A stretch of DNA of 64,000 bases, from NCBI GenBank assembly GCA_963665295.1, contig OY762209.1, positions 3,552,001 through 3,616,000 of the forward strand, read 5' to 3'. The stretch's first letter is position 1. Every line of letters begins with the position of its first letter. Below the pieces are notes generated by a model, which saw nothing but the letters and a program-made list of their open reading frames with translations, did no database searches and was not told the DNA's origin. The DNA is from Syntrophorhabdaceae bacterium. Lineage in GTDB: Bacteria; Desulfobacterota; Syntrophorhabdia; Syntrophorhabdales; Syntrophorhabdaceae. The translations under genes and the position numbers were made by a program. Of the stretch, positions 50,593-61,400 are shown piece by piece.

Positions 50593-51960
50593 TTATGAAG
50601 AATTGTGAATGGAAGCCCCGGGCAGGCGCACGGTAAAAACCGAACCCTGACCGTACACGCTTGTCGCTTCCACTCTCCCTCCGTGTGCCTCTGCCAGTTC
50701 TTTTACAATGGTGAGGCCGATGCCGAGGCCTCCCCCCGGTCCACGATAAAACCTCTCAAAGATGAAGGGTAGGTCCTTTTCCTTAATACCTGTCCCGTTG
50801 TCCTCAACGGAAAGAACTGCGTCTCCGTCTGCCATCGCTGCGGTAAGGAGCACGTGACCGCCGCGGGGGGTCACTTTCAGCGCATTGCTGAGCAGGTTGA
50901 GAATTATCTGACTCAGGCGGTCCGGGTCCGCGTATACTTCGGTCGCATCGCTCAATCTCAGTTCAAGGGCAACGCCTTTTTCGTCGAAGGACCCCCGGTA
51001 CCTTTCCACTATGTGGGTGAGGAAAGTTCTTATGTCGAGGATGCGGCACGCCAGAGAAAGAACGCTAGCCTCGGCCTGATTGAGTTCCTCGATCCCATCG
51101 ACCATGGCTTTGAGCCTGCCTGTCTCATCGTAGAGGGACTGGAGCCTTTCGGGATCGTTTGCGATCAGGCCGTCGATCATACCCTCGATTTCGCCCCGCA
51201 TGACCCCCAGTGGGGTCCTCAGTTCGTGAGCAACGTCGGCGATCAGCTTTCGTCGCAACTGTTCGTGGGTTTCGAGGGCTTTCGCCATCCGGTTGAACGT
51301 TTCGGAAAGGTCCCCCACTTCATCACGTCTGGTGACTGCCACGCGCTTTGTAAAGTCTCCCCGGCTGATAGCGGCGGCAGCGGCGGCAAGTTCCTGGATG
51401 GGGCGGGTCAACCGGCGGGAGAAGAGCACGGAGATAAGGACGGCGAGGCTGCCTATGATGAGCACCGAGGCGAGAAGGAACAGATCGGATCTGCGGATAA
51501 ACAGGGTCTCCTTTGCAGGCTTCAACTCCTTGAGTTCGAGGGTCCCGATCTGGGCGCCCCCCAGAAAAAGAGGGTAAGGCACAAAATCGCCGGAAGCTCC
51601 CGCTGCCCGGTATTCGGAGAGAGACATGAGCCTTCTCTTCACGAGGGGTGTTGCCGCTTCGATTGCCCTCTTCGTATCTATGACCGGGCTGCCCTCCCGG
51701 TCCAGAAGTATCATTTCAAACCCAAGGTTCAAGGCCCATAACGCATCTTCAGCCTGGGCCTCCTTGTTCCAACCGGAGTTGCGCTCGTACGACCCTTCGA
51801 GGTGAGCCAGTATCCAGTAAGCCTTATCTTCGGTTTCACCCTCGAGGTAGGCGCTAAAGTCTTTGAGCATCAGTTCCCGGAGCATCAGCGCCCCTGAGAG
51901 GGAGAGCACCACCACTCCCAGAAGCAGGAGAAGGAACTTGAGCCGCAGACGGCTAGACAT
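50593..51960 (-). CDS. Membrane sensor histidine kinase (BaeS-like, HAMP)
   Basis: Two TM, HAMP, VAHELRTPL, NLLSNA, DNGTGI, GLGIGL. Confidence 0.93.
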   Translation of the reverse strand: MSSRLRLKFLLLLLGVVVLSLSGALMLRELMLKDFSAYLEGETEDKAYWILAHLEGSYERNSGWNKEAQAEDALWALNLGFEMILLDREGSPVIDTKRAIEAATPLVKRRLMSLSEYRAAGASGDFVPYPLFLGGAQIGTLELKELKPAKETLFIRRSDLFLLASVLIIGSLAVLISVLFSRRLTRPIQELAAAAAAISRGDFTKRVAVTRRDEVGDLSETFNRMAKALETHEQLRRKLIADVAHELRTPLGVMRGEIEGMIDGLIANDPERLQSLYDETGRLKAMVDGIEELNQAEASVLSLACRILDIRTFLTHIVERYRGSFDEKGVALELRLSDATEVYADPDRLSQIILNLLSNALKVTPRGGHVLLTAAMADGDAVLSVEDNGTGIKEKDLPFIFERFYRGPGGGLGIGLTIVKELAEAHGGRVEATSVYGQGSVFTVRLPGASIHNSS

Positions 51961-52654
51961 CCCTGCTCACGGAGAAGCGGTAGCCTACACCGTAAATCGT
52001 ATGGATGAAGGAAGGGTTCTGGGGATCATCCTCTATCTTGCGGCGGATGTTCTTGATGTGGGCGTCCACGCTCCTCTCATAGCCCTCAAATTGGTACCCT
52101 AGGGCCTTCTCAACCAGTTCACTCCTTGTGAAAACCCGGTGGGGAGCGTTGGCAAGGCTGAAGAGAAGCTTGAACTCGGTAGGTGTCAACCGTACCGGCT
52201 CGTTTCCTTTTATCACCTTATAGTCCTGACCATCGATAATGAGGGATCCGTGGTTGAAACTCATGGGTTCATTTCCTGCGAGGTCTCCTTTCTCGAAGCG
52301 CTTGAGGACGGCCTTTACTCTGAAGACCAACTCCCGGGGGCTGAAAGGCTTCACCACGTAGTCGTCCGCGCCGAGGGCGAACCCCGCGACTCTTTCCTCC
52401 TCGGATGCCTTGGCGGTGACCATTATTATGGGCACGTCGGCGATCTCCTTGAGCTGAAGGCAGAGTTCCTCGCCGGTGGTATCGGGGAGCATGAGGTCGA
52501 GAATTACGAGCATAGGCTTTTCTTTGTTGGCTGCTTCCAGGGCTTCCTTGCCGCGTTCCGCGTGAACTACCCGAAAACCGGCGCCTTCCAGATAGACCTT
52601 TACGATACGGGCTATTTTCAGATCGTCTTCAACGACAAGTATGGGATAGAGCAT
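51953..52654 (-). CDS. OmpR-family response regulator
   Basis: VVEDD, LDLMLP, GADDYVVKPFS, LTPTEF, DAHIKNIRRK, TIYGVGY; start at ATG 52654. Confidence 0.93.
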   Translation of the reverse strand: MLYPILVVEDDLKIARIVKVYLEGAGFRVVHAERGKEALEAANKEKPMLVILDLMLPDTTGEELCLQLKEIADVPIIMVTAKASEEERVAGFALGADDYVVKPFSPRELVFRVKAVLKRFEKGDLAGNEPMSFNHGSLIIDGQDYKVIKGNEPVRLTPTEFKLLFSLANAPHRVFTRSELVEKALGYQFEGYERSVDAHIKNIRRKIEDDPQNPSFIHTIYGVGYRFSVSRDV

Positions 52655-52888
52655 ACTAAACTCTACACTACAAACAGGGCGAGCGCAATATTCCCGGAGG
52701 TCTTTTGACCTTTCCCGGATGCCCAATCACGGGTTTTACCTGGGTTGTCCATGGACGACGGGACTTTGCCCCACCTGACGGGGACATCTTGGACCTCGTT
52801 ATATCGACCCTCCAGGCAGTCCGAAACAGAGCCGTTGCGCCGGGTCTCATCCCGCAGCAGATGCGGCCATGGAACGGGGCCGTGCATT

Positions 52889-55273
52889 TCAGGACATGAG
52901 GGCCCTCCTTACCAGGGTTTTAGCGATTTCCACCTTGTAGGCATTCATGGCGAGAGGCAGAGCGCCCGCGAGGGCCAGTTCGCCTGCCTTCGCAGCCGTG
53001 TATTCATTCAACACCTTTCCTTTCACAAAATCTTCCGCTTCTCTGGCCCTCAAGGGTTCAGGGGCCACAGCGCCAAGGACGATACGCGCATCCCTGCAGA
53101 CTCCGTCGCTGAAGCTCACGACCGATGCAATGCTTACAATCGCGAAATCGACGGGCTTTCTCAGGGTGAATTTCCGGTATATCTGACGTGTCCCTTTTGC
53201 GGGCTTCGGAATCCGGACCTCCTTTATCAGTTCATTCTTTTCAAGAACAGTCGAGTGGGTGGCGCTTGCGCTGAAGAAGACCTGCGCCGGCAGGCTTCTT
53301 TTCGAGGTGACAATGCGGGCGTCCAGCGCCACGAGGGCCATGGCAATGTCCGACGGTCCCACTGCGAGACATCCGCAGTTGAAGCATCGTCCGGCCTCTG
53401 TCTCGATCTCTCCCATGGTGAGGCCCCGTATATCTTCCACATTGACGGTCTTTATCCGCTCATCCGCGGGCAACTCACCGACCCTCGCCCGGGGTACCTC
53501 CCGGAGAGAGGAGTCTCCGAAAGCCGTGGGCCCCTTCTCCTTTCCTTCCGCCGTCCGACCGGTTCCTATGGCCGATTCGATGCCCCGGACGGCTTCCCGC
53601 GCCGAGGCTACCGCCTGGACTACGGTGGTCGCTCCGGCCACAACATCGCCTCCTGCGAAAACGGAGCTCATGTCCGTCGTCGAATTCTTCGAATCCACGG
53701 AGACTGTGCCTCGCGGGGTGAAAGAAAGCCCGGAAGTGGAGAGAGATTGATCGACGCCCTGGCCTATGGCGACGATGATACTGTCCGCCTGAATGTCCAG
53801 GGCTGTGCATACCGCATCAAACTGAGGGTTGAACGTGCCGTCCCCATCCCGGACCGAGACGCATGTCATGGTTTCGAGACCCGAGGCTCTGCCGTCTTTT
53901 ACGATTATCTCCTTTATGCCGAGAGAAGGGTGGATAATTATTCCTTCCTCTTCCGCCTCGATGATTTCGGCATCGAGGGCAACCATCCTGTCCCGGGAGG
54001 TGAGGTCGCGGCATTCCAGGCAGACGAGGTGTACTTCTCCTGCGCCCGACCTCCTTGCTGTCCTCGCGGCGTCTATGGCCACGCTCCCTCCGCCGATGAT
54101 AATCACTTTCTTGCCGAGGGGAATCTTCTCTCCTGAGTTTATCCTCCTCAGATAGTCCAGGGCGTAATGGATGCCATGGGCGTCCTCGCCCGGCACACCG
54201 AGCTTGAGGCTCCTCCAGGTTCCGCCCGCGACCATTACGGCGTCGAACTCGTTCGCAATCTTTTTCAACGAAATGTCCTTTCCCACATCGACACTCACCC
54301 TGAAGGCGATGCCCATTCGTTCCAGGGCTTTTATCTGCTTCTTCACCACGTCCTTGGGAAGACGGAATGGTGGAATGCTGTAGCGGAGCATGCCGCCGGC
54401 CTCGGGCAGTCTTTCGTACACCGCGACCTTGTGTCCCGCTCTTCTGAGGTAAAAAGCGGCGGCTAGCCCTGCGGGTCCGGAGCCTATTATCGCGACCTTT
54501 TTGCCCGACTCCTTTTCCGGCGGGGCGTAGAACTCTTCAGCCCGTTCAAGAATGTAGTCGCCTATTCCGCGTTCGATGCAGTTGATTGCCACGGACTCGT
54601 CGAATTCGTTGCGGTTGCACTCGGGTTCACAGAAGACGGGACAGACGCGGCCTGTCATGGCCGGGATGGGATTGTAGTCCATCAGTATCCGGGCTGCTTC
54701 CGCGAAATCGCCCTTCCGGACCCTGCTGAGGTACCCGGGTATGTCGGTGCCCACCGGGCAGTGACGTGCGCAAGGATATTCGGCAGGCCGGGCAGCACCG
54801 AAGAGTGAATGGTACCGGTTGTCGCCCGCAAGGGCACTGCATATCTTGCCGCCTTTACGGAGACAGGTGATAGGACCGCCTATCTGCTGCGGATACCGGT
54901 AATACCAGCACCTTACATCCTGGGCCAGGTTGCCGCCGATGGTAGCCATGTTCCTGATATGGGGACTGGCCACGGAATAGGCCGCCTCGGCAAGGAGGGC
55001 ATAATCTTCCTTGACCTCCGGTGAGGCGGCGATGTCCGCCAGTCGGGTGAGGGCGCCTATCTTAAGTACTTTCCGGTCTTTCCTGATGTACTCCAGACCC
55101 TCGATGGTCTTTATATTGATCACCGCCTCGGGGTACTCGGCGAGGCATTTGTCTCTCATGGCGCCCAGGAGGTCGGTGCCTCCCGCATTGACCCGTGCCT
55201 TCCCTTCGTATTCCGTAAGGAGCGACGTCGCTTCTTTGATCGACCGGGCATTATGGTGTCTGAAGGGTTTCAT
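52889..55273 (-). CDS. Molybdoenzyme FAD subunit (HcrB/PaoB-type) with inserted GltD-like NAD(P)H:Fe-S oxidoreductase module
   Basis: AGGTDL, IRNMATIGGNL, RCWYYR..C..C; insert with CxxxCP, GRVCPxxCExxC, GSGPAG, GGGSVAID, EAGRCFNC; then CLAVGPSD, DFAIVS, LGAVAP, NAYKV. Confidence 0.88.
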   Translation of the reverse strand: MKPFRHHNARSIKEATSLLTEYEGKARVNAGGTDLLGAMRDKCLAEYPEAVINIKTIEGLEYIRKDRKVLKIGALTRLADIAASPEVKEDYALLAEAAYSVASPHIRNMATIGGNLAQDVRCWYYRYPQQIGGPITCLRKGGKICSALAGDNRYHSLFGAARPAEYPCARHCPVGTDIPGYLSRVRKGDFAEAARILMDYNPIPAMTGRVCPVFCEPECNRNEFDESVAINCIERGIGDYILERAEEFYAPPEKESGKKVAIIGSGPAGLAAAFYLRRAGHKVAVYERLPEAGGMLRYSIPPFRLPKDVVKKQIKALERMGIAFRVSVDVGKDISLKKIANEFDAVMVAGGTWRSLKLGVPGEDAHGIHYALDYLRRINSGEKIPLGKKVIIIGGGSVAIDAARTARRSGAGEVHLVCLECRDLTSRDRMVALDAEIIEAEEEGIIIHPSLGIKEIIVKDGRASGLETMTCVSVRDGDGTFNPQFDAVCTALDIQADSIIVAIGQGVDQSLSTSGLSFTPRGTVSVDSKNSTTDMSSVFAGGDVVAGATTVVQAVASAREAVRGIESAIGTGRTAEGKEKGPTAFGDSSLREVPRARVGELPADERIKTVNVEDIRGLTMGEIETEAGRCFNCGCLAVGPSDIAMALVALDARIVTSKRSLPAQVFFSASATHSTVLEKNELIKEVRIPKPAKGTRQIYRKFTLRKPVDFAIVSIASVVSFSDGVCRDARIVLGAVAPEPLRAREAEDFVKGKVLNEYTAAKAGELALAGALPLAMNAYKVEIAKTLVRRALMS

Positions 55274-57573
55274 TCTGCACCTCTCTCTTGTGAATCAGTT
55301 ACATTGTTCGAACCCGTCTTTCCAAGGGCCTTCAAGACCCTGTCCGGAGTGGCCGGGTACTCGTAAAGCCACGTGCCGATTGCGTTGGACACCGCCATGA
55401 GCACCGCGGAGGGTCCCGGTGACGTAGATATCTCCCCCACACCCACGGCATGAAAACGGTGGCTGGGGAAGGGTGTTTCAAGGACGACATGGTCGATTAC
55501 AGGCAACTCCAGAAAAGTCCTCCACTTGTAGTCGATCATATTGGCGTTCATGATGTGGCCTGTGCGGCGATCGAGGACCGACTCCTCGAAGATGGCGCTG
55601 TCGATACCCGCTGAGCCGAAACAGCCGTTGAGTTGGCCTTCGAGGCCCTGGGGGTCCATAATCTGCCCCACATCCGTGGCGTTCACTACACGGATGAGGT
55701 CTACCTTTCCCGTTTCCGTATCCACTTCTATTTCCACAAAGCTCATCATGCAGTTGCACATGGTGAAGTCAGGCTCGAACCGTCCGTATCCGAGTATGGT
55801 GCGGTCATTTCCCATGACAGACCATCTTATCCTCTTTTCCGGATGATCCTTCACAAAGACGAAGCCGTCCGCTGTGTCCAGGTCTTCGGGGGCCGCACCG
55901 AGCTTGGGCGCGGCGAGTTCGAAAATCTTCCGCCTCGCGTCCTCCGCGGCGTTGATGACCGCGCTGCCTATAGCATAGGTCCCTCTGGAACCGACCGGTC
56001 CGAACTCGAAGGGGGTGATCAGCGAATCGGCAGGCGTCATGGATATGCGCTCCGGTGGGATCTGGAGCACCTCGGCGACCATCTTCGCATAGTTGCTCTT
56101 CTGTCCTGTTCCGTGTTCCGTCACGCAGAGGAAGATTGTGGCAGTGCCGCTATATCCCAGTTGTACATAGGCCTCGGCTGCATCTTCGCCGATGTCGGCG
56201 TTTCCATGAACGCCGACGCCTATGCCCCGCCTTCTTGCGCCGTTGACGGCGGTGGGTTTCAGCCAGCCTTTCCATTTTTCCTTCCATCCGAACCGCTCCG
56301 CACCTTTGTTCATGGCTTTGGAGAAATCGACGCCCCGGAAGTTGTACCAGCCGCCGTCCCGCCAGAAATATCCGCCGCCGGGCTTGACGAAATTCTTCCT
56401 CAGCACCTCAAAGGGGTCGAGACCGGCCTTTTCCATGGCAAGACTCAAAAGGGGTATGAAGGAACATTTCAATTCCTGTCCTCCGAAGCCTCTTGTGCTC
56501 CCCGAGGCATTCCGGTTGGTGGCCACCACGATGTTCTTGAGGTCCCAGTTGGGACACTGGGCCATGATCATAAGTTCTCCCGATCCTATTGCCACCTGGG
56601 CCTGGGTGGTAAAGGAGTAATACCCCGTGTCGACATACCATGTGCCTTGTATGGCCGTTATGGTGCCGTCCTTCTTCATGCCCACCCTCGCGTGAATGCG
56701 GGAGCCGACTCTCAGGGTGAAGGCGGCCATGTGTTCCTCCTTTGTAAAGAAGACCTTCACCGGGAGCCTGGTGGCCTTGCTCAGGACTATTGCATAAGAC
56801 TGGACCTGCCAGCACATGATTTTCGTGCCGAAGCCTCCTCCGCACTGGGGCCCGATAGTCCTTATATCGAACTTGCGGTTGAAGACGTGGAAGAGGGTGA
56901 CCTTATCCAGGTATGGGGCCTGAGTTGTTCCCCAGACAGTGACTTTGTCGGGCTCCTCCCACTGGGCCACTGCGCCCACGGATTCAGGGGGCAGGGCGTT
57001 CGGTATGTTTTCGTATCCGAAAGTGCCTTCCGTAATGACGTCCGCTTCCGAGAACCCCTTTTCTACATCCCCCATTACCACTCCCTTGAGGCAGTTGGGG
57101 CCGTAAATGATCGTGCCGCCGGGCAGTATGTTGCCGGGGAACTCATCGTATACCAGAGGAGCGTCGGGTTTGAGGGCGGAGTCTATGTCGAAGACCGCGG
57201 GCAGGACCTCATACTCCACGTCGATAAGCTCCAATGCCTGTTCTGCAATGGCCTCGGTGACAGCGGCAACAAGGGCTACCGCATCACCCACATACCGCAC
57301 TTTATTATCAAGTATACGCACGTTTCTGGGCGTGCCGCCTCTGTAATCAGGGATATCTTCCCATGTGAGAACCGTCTTGACACCTTTCAGGGCGAGGGCT
57401 CTGGTTTTGTCGATCTTTGTGATCCGCGCGTGGGCGTATGGGCTTCGGAGCACCTTTCCGTGGAGGAGGTTCCGGAATTTCAGGTCATCCGTGTATTGTG
57501 TCGCTCCGGTTACGATGTCGTGGCCGTCCCTGCGATTTACATGCTTGCCTATATATCTGTAGTTGTTCTCCAT
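55270..57573 (-). CDS. Xanthine dehydrogenase family Mo-binding large subunit
   Basis: LRSPYAHA, GGGFG, RGFGG, EHGTG, VGSRGT, GVGE. Confidence 0.93.
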   Translation of the reverse strand: MENNYRYIGKHVNRRDGHDIVTGATQYTDDLKFRNLLHGKVLRSPYAHARITKIDKTRALALKGVKTVLTWEDIPDYRGGTPRNVRILDNKVRYVGDAVALVAAVTEAIAEQALELIDVEYEVLPAVFDIDSALKPDAPLVYDEFPGNILPGGTIIYGPNCLKGVVMGDVEKGFSEADVITEGTFGYENIPNALPPESVGAVAQWEEPDKVTVWGTTQAPYLDKVTLFHVFNRKFDIRTIGPQCGGGFGTKIMCWQVQSYAIVLSKATRLPVKVFFTKEEHMAAFTLRVGSRIHARVGMKKDGTITAIQGTWYVDTGYYSFTTQAQVAIGSGELMIMAQCPNWDLKNIVVATNRNASGSTRGFGGQELKCSFIPLLSLAMEKAGLDPFEVLRKNFVKPGGGYFWRDGGWYNFRGVDFSKAMNKGAERFGWKEKWKGWLKPTAVNGARRRGIGVGVHGNADIGEDAAEAYVQLGYSGTATIFLCVTEHGTGQKSNYAKMVAEVLQIPPERISMTPADSLITPFEFGPVGSRGTYAIGSAVINAAEDARRKIFELAAPKLGAAPEDLDTADGFVFVKDHPEKRIRWSVMGNDRTILGYGRFEPDFTMCNCMMSFVEIEVDTETGKVDLIRVVNATDVGQIMDPQGLEGQLNGCFGSAGIDSAIFEESVLDRRTGHIMNANMIDYKWRTFLELPVIDHVVLETPFPSHRFHAVGVGEISTSPGPSAVLMAVSNAIGTWLYEYPATPDRVLKALGKTGSNNVTDSQERGAE

Positions 57574-57576
57574 TCT

Positions 57577-58125
57577 TTACCTCCCTCCTGGGCCGACGTT
57601 GCCCGCCACCGACATGACCGCCCTGATTACGTGGTAATGGCTGACACAGCGGCAGAAATTGCCCGAAAGGGCCTCCTTTACCTCTTCCTCGTCAGGGTGA
57701 GGGTTCGTGTTGAGGAGTGCCCTGGCGGTCATAATGATGCCCGGGGTGCAAAACCCGCACTGGAAAGCGGTATGGTCGATAAACGCCTGCTGAAGAGGGT
57801 CGAGTTCACCCGACTCCCTGTCTTGCAGCCCCTCTATAGTGGTGACCGCCTTTCCGTCGCATTCAACCGTGAGTATTTTGCATGAAAGGACCGCCTTTCC
57901 GTCCATGATTACCGTACATGCGCCGCAGGCGCCGTTGTCACAGGAAATTTTAGTTCCCGTGAGGCCGAGGGTCTCCCTGAGGGTGAAGGAGAGCGTGTGA
58001 AAGGGCTCGACTTCACCCGCCCTGTTGCCGACGTCAAGTACGTAATTCTGTCCGTTCACCGTAAGGCTGACAGGCGGGGCATCAACCGGCTCTCTGCCTG
58101 GTCCGTGTTTCCTTTTTGTTGTCAT
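57577..58125 (-). CDS. (2Fe-2S)-binding small subunit
   Basis: GTKISCDNGACGACT, FQCGFCTPG, GNFCRC. Confidence 0.93.
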   Translation of the reverse strand: MTTKRKHGPGREPVDAPPVSLTVNGQNYVLDVGNRAGEVEPFHTLSFTLRETLGLTGTKISCDNGACGACTVIMDGKAVLSCKILTVECDGKAVTTIEGLQDRESGELDPLQQAFIDHTAFQCGFCTPGIIMTARALLNTNPHPDEEEVKEALSGNFCRCVSHYHVIRAVMSVAGNVGPGGR

Positions 58126-58213
58126 ATCTGTTCCTCCATATTCGGATCGATTCCGGTTTCAAGTATCCCAGGGGGAATGACTCTCGTCAGACCTGCCTCT
58201 TTACCATCTGTGG

Positions 58214-58229
58214 TACAAGAAGCATGCCG
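58214..58229 (-). promoter_or_regulatory. Sigma-54 (-24/-12)-like promoter of the molybdoenzyme operon
   Basis: CGGCAT-GCTTC-TTGTA (GG..GT variant), divergent from a sigma-54 activator. Confidence 0.55.
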
Positions 58230-58413
58230 TTCGCATAACAATTGGATATTACGCGTGATAATTTTCTGCGCGGAATGGTGACGCGAAATCACCTCCAATA
58301 TATTGGTGATTGTAACAACATATTGACGTTCACACGGCAGTTTGTTAGAGTGTTCGAAGGGGCTATCGGCACTCGGCCGGCGGTCGGCTCAGGATCCGTT
58401 AAAGGGAGGGTTT

Positions 58414-61400
58414 ATGGCAAAAATGACAAAGTCCGGCACTGATCCCGAAAAGCTGTGGCTGCGCTTTGACCGGCTTCATAGGGACATCGTCCTCTACCTT
58501 GTCTACACAGAACCCCCAGTTTCCATCGATATGCTCACCTCCCTCGTCGGCGGCCCCGCCCTCCGGGTTCTGAACGCAATGGAAGCATTGAGGAAGCGAA
58601 GGCTTGTGACTGAAAGGCGCGGGTACGGAAAAGGATTGTACTTTCTCACTGATTCCGGTCTTCCGGAGTTTGCACGGGAACACCTGCCCGGCGAGGAGAC
58701 GGGTGAAGCCCTGAGAAAGCTTGTCGGTTATTACAAGGGGCAGGAGACGAAAACAGAGGAAGCCCTTCTGGCCTTGTCAAGACTCTATCTTGAACTGGGA
58801 GATATCGGGGCAGGTCTTGAGTACATAAAACAGGCAGCCGATATCCTTTACAGGTCAGGGCAAAGAGAAAAGGCTGTGGTCAATTACGATAATATCCTGC
58901 AGTATTACGGAAAGAACCAGCCCCGGGAGGCGGATGCGGACTGTTTTCTTGACAGCGTTTTCGCTAAGGTCACCATATCGAAGTACCTGATGCCCCTCCA
59001 TGAGCAGGTAGCTCTTCTCAGCAAGGCGGAGAAGGTTGCGGAGCGTCACGAAAGATGGGAGGCCCTGGCGCGGACAAAACTCACCCTGGGGCGGCTCCTG
59101 CAGGCGTCGGGCCGTCACAGGCAGGCAGAAAGATGCATGAACGACTACCGGAACCTCACGAGGGATGTGGGGGATCCCGCGATGCTCAAGATAGCCACCC
59201 TTTTGACAAGTGAATTCCTTTACTGGCAGGGCAGGTTTTCCGAGGCGGCCCGTCGGTACGAGGAGGTTGCGGGGGATCTGGAAGAATTCGGGGACGACAG
59301 GGCAACATTAAAGGCTGGAGCGAGGGTGGGTTTCAGTTATGTTATCTGCGGAAGGATTGCCCGGGGTATGGGTATGATCGACGCGGTAAGGGCAAAAGGC
59401 AATTCGCTGGACCTCCCGTCTGTTGTTGCCGTGGCGGACTTCATGAGCGCCCTTGCCTTGATGGAAATGCGGAAGCTGCCCGAAGCCGAGCTCCAACTCG
59501 ACAGGCTGTCTTCTTTTCCGGACGAGGTGCTCGGTCACTACACGCTCTCGGGCATGAACAGGTGCCGGGCATATATCAGTTGCGCCCGTGAGGATTATTC
59601 AGGGGCTTACGAATACCACAAGCGGGCCATCGAGCATTCCCTATCCCTCGGTTGGAGCCATCATAACGGTCCCTGGAACCTCGAATGTCTCGACATACTC
59701 GAATCAAAAGGCTTTTTCAATAAGGAATGGAACTTCGACGGAGAGGTAAGGAGAATACTCGGCTGGGATGATATTTATATGAAGGGGGTGGCCTACAGGT
59801 ACAGGGCGCTCAGAAATATGAAGTCAGGTCGGCCTCTCGGGAAGATATTGACGGACCTGAAAGGGAGCGAGAAATATCTGAAAGAGGCGGGGGCGGAGAT
59901 AGAGCTTGCCCGAACGTGGGTAGACCTTGGAAACGCCTTTGCGAAAAAGGGAGAGCCCACAGTGGCACGGGCTTACCTGGAAAAGGCGTGGGCCCTCTTT
60001 TCAACGGTGGACAGAAATCTTATCCCCAAGGACCTCCTGGTCATCATGCCCCAGGAAGCGAAGATTGAACTGATGATAGAAAGGATCATGAAGATCAACG
60101 AATCCCTGGGGACGATACAAGACATGTCTTCCTTCCTTGAACGGGTCATCAACGCGGCCATGGATTTCACGATGGCCACGCGAGGGGCTTTCTTCGCCGT
60201 GGGGGCCGGAGGCGAGCCGAAGATCATGGCAAGCAGAAACCTTGACGTTCCGGACGCGAGGCAATCGTCGATCATACATAGCGTAGTGGCCCATGGAGAC
60301 CGCGAGGGCATCGAAGTTGTCGCCCCCGGCATCAAGAAGATAGGCGGTCTTACGGACCAGATCCTTCTGGAGGCGGGCATCTATTCGTTCATCTGCATGC
60401 CCGCCAAACTGGTCGGACAGACACAAGGCTACCTCTACCTCGACAATCGTCTTGGAGGCGAGCCTTTCTCCGGTAACCTCCTTACTTATGTAAGGCTGCT
60501 TTGCAGCCAGATCGCCGTGGGACTTTCCAATATCAAGGTATATGATGAGATGAGGAAGGAGAAGGACCGTCTCGAAGACGAAGCGATCTTTTACAAGCAG
60601 ACCATGGGTATCGCCAACCCGCCGGAAAGGATCATGGGAACGTCCGGGGCCATAAAGACAATTATTGAACAGATACGGCAGGTGGCCCCGACGGACAGCA
60701 CGGTCCTGATCGTGGGCGAAACAGGGGTCGGAAAAGAGCTTGTAGCCAAAGCCATCCATCACCTGAGTGAGCGCCGGGAAGGGCCTTTCATCCCCGTCAA
60801 TCTCGCCGTCCTTCCCCACGATCTCGTGGCGAGTGAGCTTTTCGGCCACGAAAAAGGATCCTTTACCGGGGCAAGTGAAAGGCACAAGGGGAGGTTTGAG
60901 CTTGCGGACGGCGGAACGATCTTTCTCGACGAGATCGGGGACCTGCCGCCCGATGTTCAGGTGAAGCTGCTCCGGGTCCTCCAGGAGAGTAAATTCGAGC
61001 GGCTCGGAAGTGAGAGACAGATCAGGTCGGACTTCAGGGTCGTCGCCGCTACCCACAGAAACCTTCACGCAGAGATCGAAAAGGGCGCATTCCGGCAGGA
61101 CCTCTATTACCGTCTGAACGTCTTCCCCCTCTACATTCCTCCGCTAAGAGACAGAAAGGAGGACATCCCTCTCCTGGCGCACCATTTTCTCGACAAGTTC
61201 GGGAAGAAGATGGGCAAAAGGATAGGGCGCATCCCGGAGGAGGAGCTTGCAAAACTCATAGATTACCATTGGCCCGGGAATGTGCGGGAGCTGGAACATT
61301 TCGTCGAGAGAGCGGTCATAATCTCCGATGGGCACAGAATAAGCTTTTCCGGTCATGAATTCCAATCGCCGTCCATTGGTTTCGGCAAGAACCCCGGTGC

